Below, one piece after another: positions 49,287-60,890 of a stretch of DNA of 64,000 bases. Origin of the DNA: an uncultured Planctomycetia bacterium (lineage in GTDB: Bacteria > Omnitrophota > Gorgyraeia > 2-02-FULL-51-18); the NCBI GenBank assembly GCA_964642015.1, contig CAZXLF010000003.1, positions 36,204-100,203 of the forward strand, read 5' to 3'. The translations under genes were made by a program, and so were the position numbers. The notes below the pieces were generated by a model that saw only the letters and a list, made by a program, of their open reading frames with translations, was not told the origin of the DNA and ran no database searches. Numbering within the stretch: position 1 is the stretch's first letter; the number at the start of each line of letters is the position of its first letter.

Positions 49287-50175
49287 AAATATTCCGTTAC
49301 AACCGCGGAGCATTGCGATAGGCGTTTTTGACGGGGTCCATTTAGGGCATCAGAAAATATTGAACGCGATGTTGAAATGTGCAAAGCGTCACCGCTTGAT
49401 GTCAATGGCCGTGACATTCGAGCCGCACCCGAACAAAATACTAAGACCTACAGTTAAGCATTCTATCTTAATGTCGCTTGAACATCGCCTGCGTTTTTTT
49501 GAAAAAATGGGCGTCAGCGAAACGCTAGTGATACGCTTCAATAAAAAATTTTCAAAAATATCGCACCATTATTTTCTTCAGCAGCTTTTATGTTATAAAC
49601 TCGGCATGAAATACTTGTCGGTCGGTGAAAATTTCAGGTTCGGTTTTCAGGGGTTTGGCAATTCGGATTATCTGCTTAAAGAGTCAAAACGTTTGAGATT
49701 CGGTTTATCATTGATCAGTCCGGTAAGAGATGGCGACGTCACGATATCCAGCACACGAATACGAACGTTAATTGAAAAAGGTGATTTAAAAAAACCGCAA
49801 AAAATGTTGGGCCGGCCGGTTTCCGTTTACGGAACTGTCGTTCAAGGAAAAGGCAGGGGTAGATCCTTAAAATTTCCGACAGCCAACCTTAACCCGCATC
49901 ATGAAACATTGCCACCGAATGGCGTTTATGCGGCATGGGGATCTTTAGGGAATGCTAAGTTGAAAGCCGTGATCCATATCGGCGGTCGACCGACATTTCA
50001 GGAGCGGCAAAAGAGTCTCGAAGCGCATTTCTTGAATTTTCATCGGAATATTTATGGGCGCGAGATCGAGTTGTTTTTTGTTGCCAAACTTCGTGGTATC
50101 AAGAAATTTCCTGGTCGCGAAGCGTTGATCCAGGCGATCAAAGACGACATTCAAAAAACTCTAAGGATTTTGTAG
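49264..50175 (+). CDS. ribF: Bifunctional riboflavin kinase/FAD synthetase
   Basis: GVFDGVHLGH, ISSTRIR, FPTANL, EAH. Confidence 0.95.
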   Translation: MKIYYGFKNIPLQPRSIAIGVFDGVHLGHQKILNAMLKCAKRHRLMSMAVTFEPHPNKILRPTVKHSILMSLEHRLRFFEKMGVSETLVIRFNKKFSKISHHYFLQQLLCYKLGMKYLSVGENFRFGFQGFGNSDYLLKESKRLRFGLSLISPVRDGDVTISSTRIRTLIEKGDLKKPQKMLGRPVSVYGTVVQGKGRGRSLKFPTANLNPHHETLPPNGVYAAWGSLGNAKLKAVIHIGGRPTFQERQKSLEAHFLNFHRNIYGREIELFFVAKLRGIKKFPGREALIQAIKDDIQKTLRIL

Positions 50176-50182
50176 GTTTTAC

Positions 50183-50211
50183 TTTACAAATTCTCTTTTA
50201 ACCAGTATAAT
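50183..50211 (+). promoter_or_regulatory. Sigma70 promoter of rpsO-pnp
   Basis: TTTACA-17nt-TATAAT. Confidence 0.8.
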
Positions 50212-50321
50212 TAACACCTATCAGAAAACAGCCAAACAGATGATTTTTTGGCATAACAAAATTGTTTGTAACTACAATAAAGAATTGAAGTTATAAATTT
50301 TTCAAGGAGAGTAATTCAAGC

Positions 50322-50591
50322 ATGTCTATTACCAAGACAAAAAAGCAGGATGTGATCCAGAAGCATCGTGTCCACGATAAGGATACCGGATCATCTTATG
50401 TTCAAATAGCAGTTCTTACCGAGCGTATCAATAATTTAGGCTCTCATTTCAAGTCTCACGTCAAGGATCATCATTCCAGGAGAGGTTTGTTGAAACTCGT
50501 TTCCCAGAGACGCAAACTTTTGGATTACTTGAAGCGTGAAAATAAAGACGCCTATCAGAAGCTCATCGTCGACCTCGATCTAAGAAAATAA
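50322..50591 (+). CDS. rpsO: 30S ribosomal protein S15
   Basis: [19 protein letters not shown]. Confidence 0.98.
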   Translation: MSITKTKKQDVIQKHRVHDKDTGSSYVQIAVLTERINNLGSHFKSHVKDHHSRRGLLKLVSQRRKLLDYLKRENKDAYQKLIVDLDLRK

Positions 50592-50596
50592 ACAAC

Positions 50597-52765
50597 ATGA
50601 CAAAAAAATTTGAAATCTCACAAGGCAAAGAGTCTCTTATTTTTGAAACAGGCCGTATGGCCAAACAGGCTGACGGTGCAATTTTAGCTCAATACGGCGA
50701 CACGATGGTGCTTGTCGCGGTTTGCGGCGCTAAAGAACCAAAAGAAGGAACGGATTTTTTTCCTTTAACGGTGGATTATCAGGAAAAAAGTTATGCCGGC
50801 GGAAAGATCCCTGGCGGATATTTCAAGCGTGAAGGGAAAGCGACAGAAAAAGAAACGCTGACCTCGCGCCTTATTGATCGTCCCATACGACCGCTTTTCC
50901 CCGAAGGATTCTACAATGAAGTCCAGGTGACCGCGACGGTTCTTTCAAGCGACAAAGTCAATAATTCCGACATTCTCGCAATGAACGCTGCATCAGCAGC
51001 TCTTATGGTTTCGGGCATCCCGTTTTTAGGGCCGATGGCGGCGGCGCGCATAGGCGAGATCGATGGAAAATTTGTTTTGAATCCTACATTCAAAGAAGTT
51101 GAAAAAAGCACTTTGGATATCGTGGTCGCAACAACAGAGCAAGGGATTATCATGATCGAGGCCGGCGCGGAAGTTGTTTCGGAGGATCGTATCATTGAAG
51201 CGTTGGAATTTGCGACAGATGCTTTGAAGCCGGTACTCAAGCTTCAGCGCGAGATGGCAAAAACTTGCGGAAAACCTCAAATGGAAGCCAATCTTGTCGT
51301 TTTTCCTGAAGATCTGATGAAAAAAGTGCGTAATTTGACCGTTAAAGGTATCGACAAGATCAACCGTGAAGAGAAAACGAAAGAATCGCGTGATGAAGCA
51401 TTGAAACTTTTATCCGCCAAAGCAGTCGAAGAACTTGTGGTCGAAGGTTCCGAGATCACGGAAGAGCAGGTCCATCAGGCTTTTCATGAGATCGAGAAAG
51501 AAGAGGTGCGTCAATTCATCCTCGACAGTCATATCCGCACGGACGGGAGAAAGTATGACGAAATCCGCCCGATCACTTGCGAGACCGGCGTTCTGCCGCG
51601 TACGCATGGATCCGCACTTTTTACGCGCGGACAGACACAATCTTTGGGCGTTGCAACTCTTGGCACTGAAAAAGATGAGCAGATGATCGATGCGATCGAA
51701 GGCGATATTTACAAGAATTTCATGCTTCATTACAATTTCCCGTCTTTTTCCGTGGGCGAGATCAAATCTAATCGCGGCCCGGGACGGCGCGAGATCGGTC
51801 ATGGAGCTCTCGCTGAGAGGGGTTTGAGGCCTGTTATCCCTTCAAAAGAGGAATTTCCTTATACGATCCGTTTGGTTTCGGATATTTTAGAATCAAACGG
51901 TTCATCCAGTATGGCGAGCGTTTGCTCAGGAACATTGGCATTAATGGATGCCGGCGTGCCGATTAAGGCGCCGGTAAGTGGCATTGCCATGGGGCTCGTT
52001 AAAGAAAAAAATCGCGTTGCCATTTTGTCCGACATTGCAGGTGTGGAAGACCATTTGGGAGACATGGATTTTAAGGTCACCGGAACAGAAAAAGGGGTGA
52101 CGGCGGTCCAATTGGATCTCAAGCTTAAGGATTCCCTCGATATCGAGACGCTTAGAAAAGCTCTTGAACAGGCCAGGCAGGGCCGTCTTTTTATATTGAA
52201 GAAAATGCTGTCCGTCATTTCTTCACCAAAAAAAGATATCTCCGCTTTTGCGCCGCGCATCACAACGCTGAAAGTGGATCCGGACAAGATCCGCGAGATC
52301 ATTGGCCCCGGTGGTAAAATGATCCGTAAGATAACCGCGGAATCCGGCGCTTCGATTGAAGTTGAGGACGACGGCACGGTCCGCATTGCCGCTTCGGAAA
52401 ATGAAAGCACGCAAAAAGCGATCCAAATGATCAATGGCATCACGGAAGAGGCGGAAGTGGGCAAGATCTACAAGGGTACTGTGAGGCGCATCATGAATTT
52501 CGGCGCGTTTTGTGAGATTCTGCCAGGCAAAGAAGGTTTGGTACATGTGTCAGAGCTGGCAGACACTTTCGTTGAGAATGTCGAGAGCGTCGTGAAAGTC
52601 GGCGATGAGATCCTTGTCAAGGTTATCGAGATTGATTCGCAGGGCCGTATCAATCTTTCAAAAAAACAGTCGAATTCCGATGCTCCGCCGGTAGTTTCTA
52701 AGCGCAACGAATCCAGACGCGGTGAAAACGGTAAAAATTTTAGTCAAAAGAAATTCAGAGGCTAA
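50597..52765 (+). CDS. pnp: Polyribonucleotide nucleotidyltransferase
   Basis: [32 protein letters not shown]; KH and S1 domains. Confidence 0.98.
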   Translation: MTKKFEISQGKESLIFETGRMAKQADGAILAQYGDTMVLVAVCGAKEPKEGTDFFPLTVDYQEKSYAGGKIPGGYFKREGKATEKETLTSRLIDRPIRPLFPEGFYNEVQVTATVLSSDKVNNSDILAMNAASAALMVSGIPFLGPMAAARIGEIDGKFVLNPTFKEVEKSTLDIVVATTEQGIIMIEAGAEVVSEDRIIEALEFATDALKPVLKLQREMAKTCGKPQMEANLVVFPEDLMKKVRNLTVKGIDKINREEKTKESRDEALKLLSAKAVEELVVEGSEITEEQVHQAFHEIEKEEVRQFILDSHIRTDGRKYDEIRPITCETGVLPRTHGSALFTRGQTQSLGVATLGTEKDEQMIDAIEGDIYKNFMLHYNFPSFSVGEIKSNRGPGRREIGHGALAERGLRPVIPSKEEFPYTIRLVSDILESNGSSSMASVCSGTLALMDAGVPIKAPVSGIAMGLVKEKNRVAILSDIAGVEDHLGDMDFKVTGTEKGVTAVQLDLKLKDSLDIETLRKALEQARQGRLFILKKMLSVISSPKKDISAFAPRITTLKVDPDKIREIIGPGGKMIRKITAESGASIEVEDDGTVRIAASENESTQKAIQMINGITEEAEVGKIYKGTVRRIMNFGAFCEILPGKEGLVHVSELADTFVENVESVVKVGDEILVKVIEIDSQGRINLSKKQSNSDAPPVVSKRNESRRGENGKNFSQKKFRG

Positions 52766-53171
52766 AGATCTAGCGTTACCTGCCTACATGTCTGCCGGCG
52801 CATCCGGCATGGACCTGTGCGCGGCCATTGAGCATGATGTGGTTATCCAGCCGGGAGAGATAAAGCTGATCTCTACCGGCATCTCTGTTTCGATCCCTGC
52901 CGGCTATGAGGCACAGATCCGGCCGCGAAGCGGTTTGGCCTTGAAACATGGAATAACTTTTGTGAATACGCCGGGCACGATCGACAGCGATTATCGGGGC
53001 GTGATCTCTTTGATCGTTACTAATTTAGGGAAAGAGCCTTATACTGTAAAAAGAGCTTCCAGACTTGCTCAAATGGTGATCCAAGAAGTGATCAGGGCCG
53101 AGATCGTGGAAGTTGAAGAATTGGCCGACACCGTGCGTTCTCAAGGCGGTTTTGGCCATACGGGAGTTTGA
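52722..53171 (+). CDS. dut: dUTP diphosphatase
   Basis: [27 protein letters not shown]. Confidence 0.96.
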   Translation: MKTVKILVKRNSEAKDLALPAYMSAGASGMDLCAAIEHDVVIQPGEIKLISTGISVSIPAGYEAQIRPRSGLALKHGITFVNTPGTIDSDYRGVISLIVTNLGKEPYTVKRASRLAQMVIQEVIRAEIVEVEELADTVRSQGGFGHTGV

Positions 53172-55465
53172 TCATGGACGAAAAAAAACGCAGTGAAGTA
53201 TTTGCTTTTTTCTGGTTCGTGGTCTCTATCCTCACATTTTTGGCCCTTTTTTCTTACCGACCCGAAGATATTCCTTTCGAAGTTTCCGTCACGAACGCGC
53301 ACACACATAATTTTGTTGGGATCGTCGGCGCGTATTTGGCGTGGACACTCATGTTTCTTTTCGGAAAAACCTCTTATTTTTTGGTGCCACTTTTCCTGAT
53401 GTGGGCGCTGGCGAAACTATCCGGAAAGAAAAGTCAAAAAGTTTGGCTGAAAATATCCGTGACCGTCATATTTTTTACTTCGGCATGCGCGCTTTTTTCC
53501 TTGGTCGGGCGAGCGACCGAGATCAACAGCTTCCAAGCGGGAGGTTTTATCGGTTTTTTTGTTTCAGCGTTCCTTTCAACGCTGTTCGGCAACGCGGGGA
53601 TCTTTGTTGCGTTGTCGCTTTTTCTGCTTTCCGTCATTCTTGCCACTGAATTATTGGTATTGCAGATCGCTGTTGAACTTTTCAAACGTGCCAAGAATGC
53701 TTTTATCCCGGCGGCTGTGAACAAGAAAGATGAAAGAAAAACCTTAAAAGAGATCAAGGAAGACAAGATCATCAAACCAGCTTTCTTGATGAACACCAAA
53801 TTAGCCGAACCTATCAACGCCTCTGAAAAAAATACAGAGAAAGCAAAAGCGATTGTTCAAGCGGTTAAAACCGAAGAAAAACCCCAGATCAAGGTATCCA
53901 TACCAAAACCGTCGGAACCAAAACAAGCGTCAACTCCGCCGCCGGCACCCAAACCCAAGGTTATAGAGTCTGAGGAGTTTGACGAAAGGTATGAATTGCC
54001 TTCTTTGGACCTTCTCCACAGCGCTGCCCCGGTAGATCAGTCTAAACTTAAAGACGATCTTGAAGAAAGTTCTCGGGTATTGGAAGATACTTTGAGAGAT
54101 TTTGGTATTGAGGCAAAGGTGGTCGAAGTTGAGCAAGGTCCGACGATCACGCGTTACGAACTTCAACCAGCCGCGGGTGTCAAAGTTCAAAAGATCACCT
54201 CACTTGAAAATGATATTGCGTTGGCGATGCGTGCCACGAGTGTGCGTATTGTGGCGCCGATCCCCGGAAAATCAAGGGTGGGAATAGAAGTTCCGAACAG
54301 CGCGGCCTCTACTGTTTATATTAAAGATGTGCTGATGTCGCCTGAATTTCAGAACGAAACATCCAAGATAACGATCGCGATAGGCAAAGACACCGCTGGT
54401 TCTCCTATTGTTTGTAATTTGGCGGATATGCCCCATCTTTTGATTGCGGGAGCGACGAATACTGGTAAAAGTGTTTGTATCAACAGTGTTATCACAAGCA
54501 TTCTTTATAAATCGTCTCCCGAAGAGGTCAAGTTTTTGATGATCGATCCTAAGATGGTCGAGCTCCATTTTTATAATGACCTCCCGCATTTGATATGTCC
54601 TGTGGTCACCGATAAATCTAAAGTTCCCGGAGCTCTTGCCTGGCTTGTCAGTGAAATGGAGAGGCGTTACAAAGTTCTTTCCAAGGTTGGCGCAAAAAAT
54701 ATTCTTGTATTTAATGAAAAGGTAAAAAATAAAGAGATCCGGGCTGATATGTTGATTCATACCGCTGAAAATGCGGATGAGCCGGTCGTGGTCAAAAAAA
54801 TGCCTTATATTGTCATTGTGATCGATGAATTGGCCGATCTGATGCTTTCTTCTGCGCAGGAAGTGGAGTCCGCGATCACTCGGTTAGCTCAGTTGGCCCG
54901 TGCCGTCGGTATTCATATGATCTTGGCTACCCAGCGTCCGTCGGTGGATGTGATCACCGGTGTTATCAAAGCAAATTTTCCCGCGCGTATCGCGTTTCAG
55001 GTGGCGTCTAAAGTGGATTCGCGCACTATCCTTGATGAGAACGGCGCGGACAAACTTTTAGGCCGTGGAGATCTTTTGTTGATGGATCCAAGGAAATCGA
55101 AATTGACCCGCGCCCAGGGCGCATGGGTGCAAGATCGCGAGATCGAGAAAGTGGCGCAGTTTATCAAGTCTCAAAGGAAGGCCGCTTATCACGAAGCGAT
55201 CATTCAGTCGCAGGACAAAAAGCAAACGCTTGGCGATTTCAAACGAGACGAGGTTTATGAAGAAGCCAAGAATGTCGTGCTTGAAACGGGCCAGGCATCC
55301 GTTTCAATGATCCAAAGAAAACTCGGTTTGGGTTATACGCGCGCGGCGCGCATCATGGATATGATGGAAGAGGACGGTGTTGTCGGGCCTTATCGCGGTG
55401 CTAAACCCAGAGAGATTTTAATCGAGCGCCCTAACAATCAGCAGGAAGAGAAGCAGGAAGCATGA
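53168..55465 (+). CDS. ftsK: DNA translocase FtsK
   Basis: N-terminal TM domain, [28 protein letters not shown], gamma domain. Confidence 0.96.
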   Translation: MIMDEKKRSEVFAFFWFVVSILTFLALFSYRPEDIPFEVSVTNAHTHNFVGIVGAYLAWTLMFLFGKTSYFLVPLFLMWALAKLSGKKSQKVWLKISVTVIFFTSACALFSLVGRATEINSFQAGGFIGFFVSAFLSTLFGNAGIFVALSLFLLSVILATELLVLQIAVELFKRAKNAFIPAAVNKKDERKTLKEIKEDKIIKPAFLMNTKLAEPINASEKNTEKAKAIVQAVKTEEKPQIKVSIPKPSEPKQASTPPPAPKPKVIESEEFDERYELPSLDLLHSAAPVDQSKLKDDLEESSRVLEDTLRDFGIEAKVVEVEQGPTITRYELQPAAGVKVQKITSLENDIALAMRATSVRIVAPIPGKSRVGIEVPNSAASTVYIKDVLMSPEFQNETSKITIAIGKDTAGSPIVCNLADMPHLLIAGATNTGKSVCINSVITSILYKSSPEEVKFLMIDPKMVELHFYNDLPHLICPVVTDKSKVPGALAWLVSEMERRYKVLSKVGAKNILVFNEKVKNKEIRADMLIHTAENADEPVVVKKMPYIVIVIDELADLMLSSAQEVESAITRLAQLARAVGIHMILATQRPSVDVITGVIKANFPARIAFQVASKVDSRTILDENGADKLLGRGDLLLMDPRKSKLTRAQGAWVQDREIEKVAQFIKSQRKAAYHEAIIQSQDKKQTLGDFKRDEVYEEAKNVVLETGQASVSMIQRKLGLGYTRAARIMDMMEEDGVVGPYRGAKPREILIERPNNQQEEKQEA

Positions 55466-56283
55466 GCTCCATCGGAACATCGTTAAAAGAAGCTAGAAAT
55501 AAAAAATCCATTTCTTTGGAAGAAGTCCATTCCCGCATTAAGATCCATCCTCGCGTGATACAGCTTTTGGAAGAGGATAAGTTTGAGAAGCTGCCAAGCC
55601 CTGTTTTTGTGAAAAGTTTTTTGAAGAGCTATGCGGAATTTCTCGAGATGAATCCCGAAGAGATCGTCCGCGCCTATGAAAAGGGCGGAAAAAAAGATCC
55701 GGCACAAGTGCTGTACATCAAGACAGCTGCGGAGCGGGAGAGAAGATCTTTTCTGAATTTTGACAAAACTTTTTTGGTGATACCGACGTTGATCTTCGTG
55801 GTCGCGGTTGCAGCCGGGGCTTTTTATTATCTTGCAAAAACCGCCGCGCATCATATCAAAGAAAAAAAAGCGGCTACCGCTGCGGTCTCCAAGCTCTCCA
55901 AAACGCGGTCTTCCAAATTGGATAAACAAAGCGGAGGAGCAACAAAAGTAGCGTCAGCGGATGTTTTTGACGCCAGCAATTGGCTTAGGCACGCGTCGCT
56001 TGGAAATTTTCCGAAGATCAGCAAAAAAGATGCACTGCACCTCAAAATCAAGGCCGCTGATAGCGTTTGGTTAAGGGTCAAATCTGATGAGAAAGTTTTA
56101 TTTCAATCCATCCTCAAGCACGGCACTGCTGAAACGTGGGTAGCCAATGATCATTTCGAGATCTGGACCGGCAATGCATCCAACATGGAATTATCCGTCA
56201 ACAATTATGACATTGGCTCACCTGGTAAAGGCGTTACTAAAAAGATGCTCATCAATCGTGAGGGCGTCAGGATCGCGTCTTAG
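55462..56283 (+). CDS. rodZ: RodZ-like protein (HTH, TM, DUF4115-like C-terminus)
   Basis: IG..LKEAR, FVKSFLKSYA, single TM, GNAS; ftsK-rodZ-rimO synteny. Confidence 0.8.
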   Translation: MSSIGTSLKEARNKKSISLEEVHSRIKIHPRVIQLLEEDKFEKLPSPVFVKSFLKSYAEFLEMNPEEIVRAYEKGGKKDPAQVLYIKTAAERERRSFLNFDKTFLVIPTLIFVVAVAAGAFYYLAKTAAHHIKEKKAATAAVSKLSKTRSSKLDKQSGGATKVASADVFDASNWLRHASLGNFPKISKKDALHLKIKAADSVWLRVKSDEKVLFQSILKHGTAETWVANDHFEIWTGNASNMELSVNNYDIGSPGKGVTKKMLINREGVRIAS

Positions 56284-57624
56284 GTGAAGGTCGGGCTCGT
56301 CAGCTTAGGTTGTGCCAGAACTTTAGTTGATTCTGAAGTGGCGCTTGGAGGCCTTAAACAGGCCGGACATCAGATTGTTCCCGACATTCAAAAAGCGGAT
56401 GTCGCGGTCGTCAATACCTGCGGTTTCATCGAAGAAGCCAAAGTCGAATCCATCGAAACTATCCTCAAACTTTGCGAGCTCAAGAAAAAAGGCCGGCTTA
56501 AAGCGGTTGTCGTTCTTGGTTGTTTGGCTCAGCGTCACGGGGAAGAATTAAGAAAAGAGCTTGGCGATGAAGTGGACGGTATTATCGGCACGGACAGTTA
56601 TGCCGAACTCGCCAAACTTTTAGAGCCGCTTGAATCAAGGCAAAAGGTTTTTGAGGTCAAGGCCAAGCCTCATTATCTTCTTGATGAAAATACACCGCGT
56701 TATTCTCTGACGCCGGGTCACTTTGCCTATGTGAAAATTTCCGAAGGGTGCATCAATGCCTGCACTTATTGCGTGATCCCTCAAATGAAAGGTCCGCACC
56801 GTTCGCGTTCGATCGAATCCATCGTCAATGAAATAAAGAAGGTCTCTTCCGAAAGGCAAGTATCCGAAGTAAATCTAATAGGGCAGGATACAGCGGCATT
56901 TGGTTTTGACCTTGACCGCACATTCCAACTGCCCGAGCTTTTGAGACGCGTTGCTGAATTAAAAGCGGTTCCGTGGATCCGGCTTCTTTATGCTCATCCG
57001 GGACATGTCAGCGAAGAATTAATGGATGTGATGGCCCAGCATCCGAATATCTGCAAATACCTCGATTTTCCGATTGAGCACAGCCATGACAATATGCTGA
57101 AGCGCATGAATCGGGGCGTAACACGGGCCAAAATGGAGTGGGGAATAGAGAGTTTTAGAAAAAAAATACCGGGAATAAGCATTCGGACGACGGTTATCGT
57201 CGGTTTTCCCGGAGAAACGGAAGAAGAATTCAGAGACCTTATGGATTTTTTAAAAGAAATCCGCTTCGAGAGGCTCGGCGCTTTCATGTTCTCTGAGGAA
57301 GAAGGTTCCCGGGCGTACGGCCTGCCTGAGCAGATCTCGGCTGAGCTGAAAAAAGAACGATTTAATGCAGTGATGGCACAGCAACAGGAGATCTCCAACC
57401 GGATGAACAACGAATTCATCGGCAAAACGCTTCAAGTCCTGATCGACGAAAAAGAGCCAAACGAAACTGGCGTGTATTACGGGCGCACCGAAATGGACGC
57501 TCCCGAGGTTGACGGGCAAGTCATTGTGCATTCAAAGTCTGTTCTGAAGCCCGGAGAATTCGTTAAGACGCGTATTACCGATGCGCTCGAATATGATCTT
57601 GTAGGCCAGTGTGAACCTGCCTAA
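56284..57624 (+). CDS. rimO: Ribosomal protein S12 methylthiotransferase
   Basis: SLGC, NTCGFI, CINACTYC, APEVDG (TRAM). Confidence 0.95.
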   Translation: MKVGLVSLGCARTLVDSEVALGGLKQAGHQIVPDIQKADVAVVNTCGFIEEAKVESIETILKLCELKKKGRLKAVVVLGCLAQRHGEELRKELGDEVDGIIGTDSYAELAKLLEPLESRQKVFEVKAKPHYLLDENTPRYSLTPGHFAYVKISEGCINACTYCVIPQMKGPHRSRSIESIVNEIKKVSSERQVSEVNLIGQDTAAFGFDLDRTFQLPELLRRVAELKAVPWIRLLYAHPGHVSEELMDVMAQHPNICKYLDFPIEHSHDNMLKRMNRGVTRAKMEWGIESFRKKIPGISIRTTVIVGFPGETEEEFRDLMDFLKEIRFERLGAFMFSEEEGSRAYGLPEQISAELKKERFNAVMAQQQEISNRMNNEFIGKTLQVLIDEKEPNETGVYYGRTEMDAPEVDGQVIVHSKSVLKPGEFVKTRITDALEYDLVGQCEPA

Positions 57625-58174
57625 TTTTCTTACCTGTTCACGGATCGGCCTTACAGTCGTTTTTATGTCCCTCCTTTTCTCGCAAGGACCCTTTTGTAAA
57701 GGGGCCGCACTTCTGGTGTTTCTTCTTGCTTCGTTGACGGACTACTGGGACGGACGCATAGCCAGAAAAAGAAATCAGTCTACTGGTTTTGGGAAACTGA
57801 TGGACCCGATCGCCGATAAGATACTTACGCTTTCCGCGTTCCTGGCGTTCGTTCAGATGGCGATCATCCCGGCTTGGATGGCGGTGGTGATTATTACCAG
57901 AGATCTTCTGATTACGGGGCTTAGACTTTTAATGCCCGGAAAAAGCGACTGGAAAGGCGCCAGATCCAGCGGCAAGCACAAGACAGTGCTTCAGTTCGCA
58001 TCCATTGTCGGTGTTTTGGTGTTCTTGTCCGTCAAAGAAACATCTTTTTGGCATCATGAATGGACGCCAACGGCTTTGCATTTCATTTATTGGAGCATGC
58101 TTTTTATAGTAGCGATAACGCTATGGAGCGGTGTGAGATTCGTGGTTAAAAATCAAGACATCTTCACCGAATGA
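57611..58174 (+). CDS. pgsA: CDP-diacylglycerol--glycerol-3-phosphate 3-phosphatidyltransferase
   Basis: NLPN.LT, TDYWDGRIAR, GKLMDPIADK. Confidence 0.94.
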   Translation: MNLPNFLTCSRIGLTVVFMSLLFSQGPFCKGAALLVFLLASLTDYWDGRIARKRNQSTGFGKLMDPIADKILTLSAFLAFVQMAIIPAWMAVVIITRDLLITGLRLLMPGKSDWKGARSSGKHKTVLQFASIVGVLVFLSVKETSFWHHEWTPTALHFIYWSMLFIVAITLWSGVRFVVKNQDIFTE

Positions 58175-58650
58175 GCGCCGATACCAAGGGATTAAAAGTT
58201 GAAAACCGATTTTTATATCACTGCGTAAAATTCCTAGCATCATTTTTTTATATAGGATATCTGCCGGTCATGCCCGGTACATGGGGTAGTGCAACAGGAG
58301 CTTTGTTGGCCTGGTTTTTTAATGAAGGCCTTGTCTGGCAAGTGACCGTCTTTTCTTTGGCGGGGCTTTTTATTTCGTCGATCGCCGAGCGCGCGTTCGA
58401 TGAAAAGGACCCGTCGCGTTTCGTATTGGACGAGGTTGCTGGCATCATGATCAGCGTCTTATGGATCCCCAAGAAGATCGCCTTGTTTGTCGTAGCGTTT
58501 ATTTTGTTTCGGATATTTGATACGATGAAGCCGTGGCCTATCAGCATGGTTCAAAAAAGTAAAATGCCGACAGCGATCATGTGGGATGATCTGTTGGCCG
58601 GTTTATTTGTTAATATTTTATTGCAAATTATCTCGAGGGTTTTTGCATGA
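58171..58650 (+). CDS. pgpA: Phosphatidylglycerophosphatase A
   Basis: PGTWGS, DPSRFVLDEVAG, FRIFD..KPWPI, DDLLAG. Confidence 0.92.
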   Translation: MSADTKGLKVENRFLYHCVKFLASFFYIGYLPVMPGTWGSATGALLAWFFNEGLVWQVTVFSLAGLFISSIAERAFDEKDPSRFVLDEVAGIMISVLWIPKKIALFVVAFILFRIFDTMKPWPISMVQKSKMPTAIMWDDLLAGLFVNILLQIISRVFA

Positions 58651-59378
58651 AAGAAGTCTTGATCCTGCAACATGTCGCGAGTGAAAACGCAGGAACAATC
58701 CAGCAGTACCTGGAAAAAAGTCGTATCCCGTTTCGTTACGTGCGTCTTTACAAGAACGAGGCTTTGCCTGAAAGACTTGATTCCGTGCGAGCGGTGATAG
58801 TTATGGGCGGGCCCATGAATGTTTACCAAGAAAAAGAATACCCATTTTTAAAATCGGAGGATGTTTTTATCAAAGAACTGGTCGATAAAAACATTCCGTA
58901 CTTAGGGATTTGTTTGGGCGCTCAGCTTTTAGCCAAAGCTTTGGATGCAAGAGTAATGAAGGCAAAAGCGCCCGAGATAGGGTGGGGAGATGTTCATTTA
59001 TCTAAAAATGCCGCGAGTGATAATCTATTTTCTGTGATCAAAAGCTCCAGTTTACGTGTTCTGCAATGGCATGAAGATACGTTTGATATTCCTCGAGGCG
59101 CCGTTCATCTGGGCTCAGGCGATGTCGTGCCTAATCAATGTTTTTCCTATAAAACTTTGTTTTATGGATTCCAATTTCATATTGAAGTTAATCGATCGAT
59201 GCTTGAAGATTGGTTCAAATCTTCAAAGGAGCTAGAAAAAATATTGAACGAATATGATAATTATAAAGAAGAGCTCGAAAAGATCGCTTGGACGATTTAT
59301 AAGAATTTTTTTGACTTATCAGGTGAAATCAGTTCTTCCGTAAAAGTTCCAGTCTCAGAAAGTTCAAGGCGTAATTAG
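58647..59378 (+). CDS. Class I glutamine amidotransferase (stand-alone)
   Basis: MGGPM, GICLGAQ, QWHED, QFHIE. Confidence 0.9.
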   Translation: MKEVLILQHVASENAGTIQQYLEKSRIPFRYVRLYKNEALPERLDSVRAVIVMGGPMNVYQEKEYPFLKSEDVFIKELVDKNIPYLGICLGAQLLAKALDARVMKAKAPEIGWGDVHLSKNAASDNLFSVIKSSSLRVLQWHEDTFDIPRGAVHLGSGDVVPNQCFSYKTLFYGFQFHIEVNRSMLEDWFKSSKELEKILNEYDNYKEELEKIAWTIYKNFFDLSGEISSSVKVPVSESSRRN

Positions 59379-60597
59379 CCGCCCGCGAGCGGATTTCTTT
59401 TCTATTCCCGAAGAATTTTTTCTTTTTACAAATAATCTTATTTTTAGAGGCCAATGCTATATAAACAAGGCCTACGGGTTTTGTGGGCGACCCTCCTCCG
59501 GGTCCGGCGATACCTGTAATTCCGATGCCATAATCGGCACCGAATTTGGTTCGGATAGTTTTTGCCATAGTTTCTGCGACGGATCGGCTTACAGCGCCAT
59601 TTTTAAATAAAAGTTTCGGCAAAATCCCAAGTTCGATGGTTTTTATCCGGTTTTGGTAAGAAATAACTCCACCTATGTAATAATTGGAACTGCCCGGCGT
59701 GTCAGTAATGCGTTTAGAAAAAAGTCCTCCGGTGCACGATTCGGCCGATGCCAATGTTTTTTTATTTTTCCTCAGCAAATCACCGACCACAGATGCAAAT
59801 GTATCCCCATCGGCGCCGAGTATGCTTTGTTTAAATATAAGGCGTATCTTTTTTTCGATGTTTGAAACCAATCTTTTGGTTTTCTTCAGCGAACTGTCTT
59901 TTGCCATGATCTTCAGCTCAACCTCGTCCGGTTTGGCGTATATACCGACCGTGACAGGCGGTTTCAACTGCAAAAGTTCCGGAATTTCTTGGGCCACTTG
60001 GGCTTCTGTCAACGCGGCGATTTTGATCGAGCGGATCAGAAAATTATTATTATGAATTCTGGCTGTTTTCTTAAGAAGCGGAAGTGCTTGCAGTGTGAAC
60101 ATCGGTTCAAGCTCCCTTGGCGGACCGGGCAAAACAAGGATCCAGACCGTTTTATTTTGAAAATAGATCTTTGTTAGAACGCCGGGGGCAGTTCCCAAAT
60201 GATTTTGAATGATCTTGGAATCGGCCGGCACGTAACATTGTTTTAAGACAAGCTTTGTCGTTGAAAAACCGCGGCTTTTTAAGCGGCTGACGATATATCG
60301 ATAGGTGGGTTTGTGCAAGACCAAAGGTTTTGAGATGAATTTGCTGAGCGCTTCGAGTGTTACATCATCGGCGGTTGGGCCAAGACCTCCTGAAGTGATC
60401 AGAATATCTGAGCGGAAAGCAGCCTCTTTGAATGCTGCTACGATGCGATCAATATTGTCACCAACGGTAGACTGACGGTAAACATCGATCGCGTTTTCGG
60501 CTAGCTTTTCGGATAGAAATTTAGCGTTTGTATTAAGGATCGAGCCGATCAAAAGCTCGGTACCGATAGAAATAATTTCCGCTTTTGGAGAACTCAT
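59329..60597 (-). CDS. cinA: Competence/damage-inducible protein CinA (MoCF domain + PncC NMN deamidase)
   Basis: IGTELL.G, SGGLGPT.DD, LPGPPRE, AESCTGG, TGIAGPGG. Confidence 0.95.
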   Translation of the reverse strand: MSSPKAEIISIGTELLIGSILNTNAKFLSEKLAENAIDVYRQSTVGDNIDRIVAAFKEAAFRSDILITSGGLGPTADDVTLEALSKFISKPLVLHKPTYRYIVSRLKSRGFSTTKLVLKQCYVPADSKIIQNHLGTAPGVLTKIYFQNKTVWILVLPGPPRELEPMFTLQALPLLKKTARIHNNNFLIRSIKIAALTEAQVAQEIPELLQLKPPVTVGIYAKPDEVELKIMAKDSSLKKTKRLVSNIEKKIRLIFKQSILGADGDTFASVVGDLLRKNKKTLASAESCTGGLFSKRITDTPGSSNYYIGGVISYQNRIKTIELGILPKLLFKNGAVSRSVAETMAKTIRTKFGADYGIGITGIAGPGGGSPTKPVGLVYIALASKNKIICKKKKFFGNRKEIRSRAANYALNFLRLELLRKN

Positions 60598-60676
60598 GGC
60601 CCCTCATCTCCTAAGTCATTCATTATAAAGTAATAAGGAGATCAAGAGCAACGGATATTTCAGCAAAAAATAATTT

Positions 60677-60708
60677 TGAACGAATAATGAATCCTTAGTC
60701 GTCTTATA
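60677..60708 (+). promoter_or_regulatory. Putative ECF-sigma promoter upstream of recA
   Basis: TGAACGAA-N13-GTCGTC-TTATA, same spacing as the 40704 copy. Confidence 0.55.
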
Positions 60709-60740
60709 GTGTGGGAGATGGGGAAGCTGCCATTCTTATC

Positions 60741-60769
60741 TTTACAGATTTTTTTGTAAAATGTATAAT
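60741..60769 (+). promoter_or_regulatory. Sigma70 promoter of recA overlapping an inverted repeat
   Basis: TTTACA-17nt-TATAAT; TTTACA-N8-TGTAAA palindrome at 60741-60760. Confidence 0.75.
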
Positions 60770-60890
60770 GGCAAACTCAGGTTGAGGCAACTAAAACCCG
60801 GTTTGAGTTGGCAGACTCCAATTTTCTTAAGTGACTATGGTTATGAAAGTTAAGACAAATACTGTTAACAAAATAAACGGAGGCGATGCT

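Noticed and set aside
54440-54475. FtsK Walker A reads GATNTGKS instead of GATGSGKS
   Set aside because: It still fits GxxxxGKS and the other motor motifs are intact, so there is no evidence of inactivation.
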